This document shows positions 23,698 through 31,299 of a stretch of DNA of 64,000 bases, in pieces. The notes under the pieces were generated by a model that did not search any database, was not told where the DNA came from, and was given only the letters and a program-made list of their open reading frames with translations. A program made the translations under genes and the position numbers. Source of the DNA: Camelus dromedarius (taxonomy: Eukaryota). The stretch lies in assembly GCF_036321535.1 (NCBI RefSeq), contig NC_087460.1, positions 5,146,001 through 5,210,000 on the forward strand, given 5' to 3'. Within the stretch, counting starts at the first letter, position 1. The number at the start of each line of letters is the position of its first letter.

Positions 23698-24214
23698 CTC
23701 TGAGAACTTCCTGTCTGATAAGCGTCATATTGCTCCGTCCTCCTGGGGGACTCTGACCTGAGGAGGTAGCTTCCGGTCAGGCTTGGGTATTTTTGTTGTC
23801 TCCTGAGTAACAGGGTCACCATGGAGATGAGGACCCCAAATACGACAGCCAGAGCATTTGTGTCTCTTATGATCACATCCAAGGAAGGGATGCTAAAGGC
23901 CACGAATTCCAAGAACCCTCAAGTTTACTGAACTCAGAGATTTAATGCTTCCTCTTCTTTCTTCTTCCAGCCCTTCTCACAGGGCTGATTCCTAGGTCAC
24001 AGCGCAGGGGTTCCTCCCATCAATTCAGATACTTGCAGGCTCTTAAGTTCTTGAAAACCCTTGAAAAAAACACCAGAGTAATAGGGTTTTACCTTTGTGC
24101 TTAAAGGGAGGAGAAGAAATTCCTAAAGATATACTTCTGGTCTAACAACCAAACTGTAATCTCACAAATACGTATGCTTTTTTGGAAGTTGAAGAGGTTA
24201 ATTAATTAATTAAT

Positions 24215-24357
24215 TTCCGGGGTGGGGGAGGGTCAGTAGGTCTATTTATTTATTTATTATTAGTTTTTTTTTTTTTTTTTTTTGGATGGACGTGCTGGGG
24301 ATTGAACTTGGGACCTCATGCATGCGTGCGCTCTACCGTCTGAGCTATACCCTCCCC
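24215..24357 (-). mobile_element. tRNA-Ala-derived SINE (Vic-1 type)
   Basis: CTGGGGATTGAACTTGGGACCTC...CTCTACCGTCTGAGCTATACCCTCCCC. Confidence 0.85.
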
Positions 24358-24489
24358 GCTGAGCAGGTTAATTTAAATATTGTTTTCAGAGTAGTAAGTT
24401 ACTGATGGCCAACCAGAGCTGCAGGCTTTTAGGGTTTATAGATGACATCGCACTGGCTCTACAGCACTCCTTTCTGAAGTCTGCATGTC

Positions 24490-24640
24490 TTTTTTTTAAT
24501 TTAGTTTAATTTTATTTTTTGAACTTTTTTTTATTGAATTATAGTCAGTTTACAATGTTGTGTCACATTCCAGTGTAGAACACAGTTTTTCGGTTATACA
24601 TGAACATACATACATTCGTTGTCCCATTCTCTTTTGCTGT
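24490..24640 (-). mobile_element. L1 3' terminal fragment
   Basis: TTTTTTATTGAATTATAGTCAGTTTACAATGTTGTG..ATTCCAGTGTAGAACACAG...TTATACAT. Confidence 0.7.
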
Positions 24641-24994
24641 GAGTGAAGTCTGCGTGTCTTAAAAGGATTATTTATTTTCACACCAGGGAGACTGAATGTT
24701 CTCGATTCACCACTTTATCAGAATGGATTCTGCGAAGCAGAATCGTGCCTGATTTTCTGCAGCTCCAGGAGGAGAGGGATTGTACTCTCATCTTCCTGAG
24801 ATTTGTTTCACGAGCATTTGTGGGTCTTTGCTTTTTAAAACCAAGCACCAGCATTTCACTACTGAGTATTCAGAGGGAAAAAAAGGCTGGCCTAAGAAGC
24901 TTAAAATGTATGAAAGAAAAGAGAAAGAAGCAAACAGATGTGGAACACGTTATGATTTTCATCCACACTTGGGAGGCAGGTCCCTTCCCTTCAG

Positions 24995-25160
24995 GTCCAG
25001 TGTGAGGGCTTGGCCCCAGCGAAGCAGCGGGGCTGTGGCTTGGGTCGTCTCCAGGGCAGGAGGGACAGAAAGTTCTTGGAAATAGATTGATTGTCATAAT
25101 AGCCTTTAAAAATTTCTCTGGGGTAGACACCACCTGCTGTCTGGCTCAGAGGTAGCTGAA
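24995..25160 (-). pseudogene. Relic copy of the C1RL promoter
   Basis: Collinear matches to 22495-22660: TGAGGGCTTGGCCC/TGAGAGGACTTGGCCC, AAGTTCTTGGAAATAGATTG/AAGTTACTGGAAATGTATTG, CCACCTGCTGTCTGGCTCAG/CCACCTGCTGTCTGACTCAG. Confidence 0.7.
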
Positions 25161-26269
25161 ATATTGGAGACAGTTTTTACTCCAACTGAGGCTTGGTATC
25201 TCTGAGACCAGGAAAACCTCTCACACACTGGCATTCAGACTTAACTTGAAGGAGGAGCTGAAGGAAATTTCTGTGGGGGCCACGTCAGCTGTCCATTTCT
25301 CTGAATTTCCTGATTTCAAAGACTGTTTCCATTTCTTTATGGTCCTGGTCCTCTGTCAGTTGTCCCCTAGCCTGTGGCTGTCTCTGTCCCTTCCTTTCCA
25401 GGCCGGGTGCTCTGGGGACAGGAGCCATGGCCACCTGGAGGCATTGGGACCTGACTTCATCAAAATGAGATGGTGGAGAGAGAAGACTCTAGCGAAGGCT
25501 GGAGAAGAGCTCGCCTCCATGGTGTCCTCCGCTGTTGTGGGTCTATACTGCTCCCCCCGCCTTGAGCTGGAAAACTGGGGATGCAGCCAGTGTTGAGGTC
25601 CACTCAAAATTAAAAAAAAAATAAAAAAAATTAATTTAAAAAAGAAAGGCACAAAGGTAGAGCCAAAAGGCCAATAGATGAATTACAATGGAGTTCTGAA
25701 CTCTAAACTGGTTTAATTTGGGAGAACTTGCTTCTAGTATGGTGACTTATTAAAACTCGTCCTGGTTTGTCTGGGGCCAAGGGGTTTCCTGGGACACGGG
25801 GTGTTCAGTCCTAAAACTGGTTCAGTCCCAGGCCAGCTGGGACAGTTGGTAATTTCTAGCCCTTCAATCTGTATTATCCCCTTCCCTTAGCCAAATGTGA
25901 GCTGCTAAAGAGCAAAAGCCACACTGCTCTAGGTGTGGGCCCCCAGCACCGGTAAGAGGACTGAATAAAGAAAATAAAGGACGCAAACTACGAAATTGTA
26001 AGTACGCTACATCCACAGAAGTGGAAAACCCAAGAGCAGTCTAGAATAACTGTGTCTTAGAGCATAGGGCTATGGACGGTTTAACAAATGTTTCTCTGTT
26101 TAGTAAAATTCTTGTAATGTCATTAAATCGTTTGAATAATTACAAAGCAAATGTATTTAAAATGATAACTGTGACCAGAGAGCCCTTCCTAAGCCAGACA
26201 AGATGAGAAGGATGAGGTCATGGATACTGAAGATGATGCTGGACCCTGGCTCTGGGTCTTCTTTTTTTT

Positions 26270-26426
26270 TTAAAAAAAATTTTATTTGTTTATTATTGAT
26301 TGTTTTATTTTGATGGGGGTGGAGGAGGTAATTAGGTTTGTTTATTTTTAGAAGAGGTACTGGAGGTTGAACCCAGGACTTGTGCATGCTAAGCATGGCC
26401 TCTTCCACTTGAGCTAACCTCGCCCC
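26270..26426 (-). mobile_element. tRNA-Ala-derived SINE (Vic-1 type)
   Basis: GAGGTACTGGAGGTTGAACCCAGGACTTGTGCATGCTAAGCATG...CCACTTGAGCTA. Confidence 0.85.
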
Positions 26427-26569
26427 TTGGCATCTTCAATCCATGTGATTAATGAAGAACTTTTTGTCCTTGGAGACGAGGTCAGGCCACTCACGGATCC
26501 TTTCACTGGGAGCTTATGTCTAAAGACAAATTGATGCCCCACTGTCTCTTCTCTCCCCTCATCTCCAAT

Positions 26570-26980
26570 TCTCACTTAACACCTTCTGAGCCTGCTTCTA
26601 GGTCCTTTGAATTATGTTTTTCATTAATCAAGGGGGCAAAGGGGCAGAAGCAGGCAGAAGGGGCAGTCTTCAAAGCTGTGATGGGGGATGGAAGCAGAGC
26701 AGAGGGAGAACGCGGGTGTGAGTGCACCCGGTACACAGGCTCATTTTCAGGGTTTGGATTTTTATTTTTCCTTTTATTCTTGACATTCCCCTCGGTGCTG
26801 CCACCTGCTGTCCCGCATGGGGAAGGGCCCAGCGGGGGCGCCTGGGCTTTCCGGATGGGGGAGGCTTTCCTGCAGCCTCGATGGGACCCCGGCATTTAGA
26901 GAAGAGTCTGCTCTCTCTTGGAATCCAAACAGCCATGGGGGCGGGCTCCTGTCCTCACGCAGATTGTCCTTCACGTCGGG
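26570..26980 (-). pseudogene. Relic C1R-like exon 1 and promoter
   Basis: Collinear matches to 10421-10800: CTCAC donor, TTCTGAGCCTGCTTCTAGGTCCTTTGA vs TTCTCAAGGCCTGTTTTTGGATCCCTGA, AAAGCTGTGATGGGGGATGG vs AAAGGCTGTGAGGGGGAAGG, TGCCACCTGCTGTCCCGCATGGGGAAGGGC vs TGCCACCTGCTGGCCTGTGTGGGGAAGGGC. Confidence 0.72.
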
Positions 26981-27084
26981 GTTTCCGCGACCAGTGTCAG
27001 GCAAGGAGAGAGATACAGGAGAGAGGTGGCGATCGGAGGGGCTGAGGAGGCCTAAGTCAGTGGGGCTGGGATTCTGGGCTTCTG

Positions 27085-27230
27085 TCCTTTATTTTATTTA
27101 TTTGGTGATTTTATTTTGGGAGGGGGAGGTAATAAGGTTTATTTATTTTTGGACGGGGTACTGGGGATTGAACCCAGGACCTCCTGCATGCTAAGCATGT
27201 GCCCCACCACTTGAGCTACACCTTCCTCTC
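27085..27230 (-). mobile_element. tRNA-Ala-derived SINE (Vic-1 type)
   Basis: GTACTGGGGATTGAACCCAGGACCTCCTGCATGCTAAGCATG..CCACTTGAGCTACACC. Confidence 0.85.
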
Positions 27231-27753
27231 CCGGGCTGCTGTTCTTGGAGCCCAAGGGAGATGTGGACAGACCGGGGACTTAGGGGTAAGAGTGGCTCTG
27301 CTGGAGATGGGTCTGTCCTGCCTGCTCCCCTACCCCCAAGACAGCTCAGGTTTTGACCTTGGCTTCCATAGGTTAAGGGTACTTAGGGAGGGGCTGGATC
27401 AACCCCAAAGGCCGGTTAGCCACTAGCCTCGCCCCTCTTGTCCACCTTCCCCACTCTGTCAGCTATCTGTCTAAAATGTCAACTGATCCTGCCCCTCCCC
27501 AGCTTAAAGCCTTTCGGTGACTTTGCCCTCTGTCCACATAGTGAAACTCAAGACAATTGATCCTCGGGGCAGGTTCTTCATTCATTACTGGGGCTCTGTT
27601 CACCGTGCTCTGTGCTGTGTCCTCCCCTCATATGTGTTCCAGCTACACCGATGATCTTATAGCTTCCCAAACACACATGTGCTCGTGTGATTCCCTGGCC
27701 AATTCCAGGTTCTTCAGTATCAGAGACCAAAAGGTAGCATATAGCACAGTGGT

Positions 27754-27880
27754 GGAGAGAGGGTATAACTCAAGTGGTAGAGCGCGTGCTTAGCGTGCAC
27801 GAGGTCCTGGGTTCAATCCCCAGTACATTCATTAAAAATAAATAAACCTCATTACCTTCCCCACAAACAAACAAAGAAGG
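27754..27880 (+). mobile_element. tRNA-Ala-derived SINE (Vic-1 type)
   Basis: GAGGGTATAACTCAAGTGGTAGAGCGCGTGCTTAGCGTGCACGAGGTCCTGGGTTCAATCCCCAGTAC. Confidence 0.85.
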
Positions 27881-28129
27881 GTGGGCTCCTAATCCAGATT
27901 CAGCAGGTTCAAATCCAGGCACTGTCAATTTAGAAGCTTTGTGACTGTGGCCAGTTTATATATAATTTCTCTGTGGCTCCAAATAGCTTCATCTGTAGAA
28001 GAAGGGTACCCATCCTCATAAGGTGGAGGGGAGGATGAAATGAATTAATAACTAAAATTCCTTGGCAAAGTGCCTGGCATTTGATAAACAATAAATATCA
28101 CTATTTGCTTAGAGATGCAGGAGAGCAAA

Positions 28130-28340
28130 ATGGTTTCAACCAGGAGCAATTTTGTTCCCCAGGGGATATTTGATAATATCGGAGATTTTCGGTTTTCCCA
28201 GCTGGGGAGATGCTACTGGCACCCAGTGGACAGAGGCCAGGGGTGCTGTTAAGTATTCTGCACCACACAAGGCAGCACTTCCCGCAACAAACAATTATCT
28301 GAGCCCGAAAGTCAATAGCGCTGAGGTCGAGGAAGCCTGG
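28130..28340. mobile_element. MER20 hAT-Charlie MITE
   Basis: TTTCAACCAGGAGCAATTTTGTTCCCCAGGGGATATTTG...GATGCTACTGGCACCCAGTGG..AGAGGCCAGGG.TGCTG...AATTATCTG..CCCGAAAGTCAATAG.GCTGAGG. Confidence 0.8.
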
Positions 28341-28444
28341 GTCAGGTGGTCAGGCTCCTCTAGAGACGGTCTGTTTAGGTTCACATCCTGCCTCTGCCTT
28401 TTGACCTCTGGCAAGTTACTTAAATGCTTTGTTTCTTACTTTCT

Positions 28445-28800
28445 GTGATAGTTAATTTTATGCATCAGCTTGACTAGGCCAAGGGATGCCAGGAGAGCTG
28501 GTTAAACGTCATTTCTTGGTGTGTCTGTGAGAGTGTTTCTGGATGAGATTAGTACTTGAATTGGTGGGCTGAGTATAGCCGATGGCCCTACCGGGTGGGT
28601 GGGCATCACCCAATCCAGGGAGGGCCTGAACAGAACCGAAAGCAGAGGAAGAGAGCATTAGCAAAGAAACCTCGGCTCCAGCATCGCAGTGCTGCCTTGG
28701 AGGGTTGGGGAGGGACCCAGAGATTCCTTACTCTGTGAGGTATAACCAGCCGTCCAGATGTGGCTCTTCCCTGCCTGTATGTCTGGACACCAGCTTCCCC
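28445..28800 (+). mobile_element. MLT2-type ERVL LTR
   Basis: Begins TGTGATAGTTAATTTTATGCATCAGCTTGACTAGGCCAAGGGATGCC...GGTGTGTCTGTGAGAGTGTTTCTGGATGAGATTAG. Confidence 0.75.
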
Positions 28801-29369
28801 TATTGGTTTCAGGATCTGCCGCTCTGTCCTCTGCAGAATCTGCCCATCAGCTTCCCACTAGCAAAGATCTGACTCTATCCACGACATCCTCCCTGTCTCT
28901 GTAAGTGTACTCTCTCTAGTGACCCGAGGTCTTATTAATTTGGATTCTGCTGCACTTGTCCTGCTGAAGACACAGAGTAAGGTCACACACTTGTGAAAGG
29001 GATGGGGTATCACATGAAGATGCTGGAGGTTCCTTTTATCATCACCTGGGGAGGCTGTGGGCTCTCAGACAGTACTCCAGCAGGTGGATCTTAAAGAGGA
29101 AGGAATGGGACACCTGCCTATCTCTGAACTCCACTCTCTTTAGACTTCTGGTCCCTGAGATGTGGGCCTCTGGTGCTGGGTGCTCAGAAGGTGTCCAAGC
29201 TTAGAGCGAGGATGCAAGGGCCTATGACAGTGGGTGCAGACCATACCTTTTTGTGGCCAGACTGGTTTTTATTGCCCTAAGTCCCCTGTCCCCGGTGCTT
29301 TTGCCAGCTACTGAGGCTACGATGCTAGGATGAGGGCCATTTGTGATGGAACTCAGAGTTGAGAACATG

Positions 29370-30000
29370 TGTTAGTTACCTGTTGTTGTGTAATAGGTCG
29401 CTTGCACACTTAGCAGTTTAAAACAGCAAACGTGTATTATTTGACATAGTTTCTGAGGGTCAGGAATCCAGAAGCAGCTTAGCTGGGTGGTTTTGGCTCA
29501 GGATCTCTCACAGTCAAGGTGTTGGCCACGGTCATCTGAAGGTTTGACTGGGGCTGGAGGGTCTGCTTCCAAGGTGGTTCACTCACATAGCTGTGAGCTG
29601 GAGGCCCCAGTTCCCTGCCACATGGCCCTCTTCTTAGGACACTTGAGTGTCCTGGTAACAAGCAAGTGGCTTCCCCCAGAGTGATCTAAGATAGAAAGAG
29701 CAAAGCAGAGGCCAAAATGTCTTTAAATGGTTTGATTTGATTTGATTGTGGTAAAAGCACTTAACATGAGATCTACCCTCAACAAAATTTTAGGTGTGCC
29801 ACACAGTACTGCCAACTCCAGGCACAATGTCTTTTATAATCTGGCCTTGGAAGTAGCACGGCATCTATCACTGCTGCCATGTTCTACTGGGCACCCAGAC
29901 CGCCCCTGATACAGTGTGGGAAGGGACTGCACAAGGAAGGAAGTTCAGGGAAGCAGGGATCCTTGGGGGCCGTCTTGGGGGCTGGCGACCACAGAAGTAG
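29370..30000 (-). mobile_element. MLT1 (MaLR) LTR with a short L1 insertion (about 29730-29830)
   Basis: CTTAGCAGTTTAAAACAGCAAAC...TTTCTGAGGGTCAGGAATCCAG..GCAGCTTAGCTGGGTGGTT...TCATCTGAAGGTTTGACTGGGGCTGGAGG.TCTGCTTCCAAG. Insert: ATTGTGGTAAAAGCACTTAACATGAGATCTACCCTC. Confidence 0.7.
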
Positions 30001-31299
30001 ACATATGATTTTAGTACGATACATGCAGAAGATCGGCTAGCAGGACATTGTCTTTGCAGGGAACAGTTGTATTTCAGACGAATTAACCTGGAGCCAGAGT
30101 GCCTCTGGGGCTCTGACCCTCTCCTCCTCATCCCTGAGATCTGAAGGACTCCTTCACCACCCCATCAAGTCGCAGGACTGCACAGATCAAAGCATGACCT
30201 ACAGGGGACCAAACGTAAGAGGAGGTGGAGCTTTGGGAGGACAGCAAAGGATTAAAAAGGACCCAGAAGCTGTTGAAAAGGAGGAGGGTGGGCAAGAAGA
30301 AGAAGCCCCAGAGAGGATGCCCTTTCCAGCCTTGGGAGGGTAACCATAGTGTGAGTCCTGAGAATCTAGGACGGCGGTCCCACACCAGACCGTTGTCCAA
30401 AGGGACAAGTTCAGAGGCTGGAGATTTCAGTTCCAGAGCTCCCACCCCCCCGCGGCTTTGTGCGGACTCTCAAGCCTGAGATAAAGTCCTTTAGTAAAGG
30501 ACTCTTTAAACATACTGTGTATGTGCCTGGCTTGCTAATAGCGGGCTGTTCTGCTCTGGCCCGCACCATCCCTTCCTCTGACAATAAGGAGTTTATGGGT
30601 GATGCTGCACTTGGACCTCAGATGATTGACTGCTATAATGCTCTCTGTTCTAGTTCCCTTTGTTTCTTCCAAGACTTTAACAAACCCTTATTTAAATGGT
30701 GCCCCCTTTTCCCATAGCACTACTCACAAAGGAAGGAGGGGTGGTGAATGGCAGTGGCCGTTAGTGGGGCTTGGCGACCCAGCTGCCCCTTCCCATGTTG
30801 GGGTTCTCTCTCCACTGGGGACCTCGCAGGATAGGCAATGGTTACACTAAGAATGACAGCAGTTTCCTTACAGCTGGGTCAAGGACAGCGAGCAAGGCTT
30901 CTCTGCAGACAGCTGCCAAGGGCAGGGGGCGGGTGTGCAAGGCAGGATTGTAAGTAGATCAGTCACAGAACGTCAAGGCCAAACAGACCAGTCCTGCAAG
31001 GAGAAAAAGGCACAGAAGTGAAATAATTTGCCCAAGATTGCACAGCGAGGCAGCGACAGTACCTCTGAAAGCAGTGCTCTGAGCTCTGCCTCGCCTGCCC
31101 ACCTAGGACAGTGGGACAAGGAATAAACCACGGCTCCTGTTACAGGCAGAGAGGGAGGAAAGAGAGGTGGTGCCGGGTCTCAGCAGTCTAGAAAGGCCTC
31201 ATGGACAGAATCGTGGGGATCCACAAATGCGTGTGGAAGGAAAACCATGCAGACTCCTGGCTCATCTGTGGAGCAGGTAGGGCTGGGGAGGCCCAAACT

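Noticed and set aside
30128-30445. Hydrophobic ORF (LWGFFFLPTLLLFNSFWVLF) and SQGWK as a C1R exon-6 relic or TM exon
   Set aside because: The hydrophobicity comes from the complement of a purine-rich tract, and the similarity to exon 6 is limited to 9 nt.
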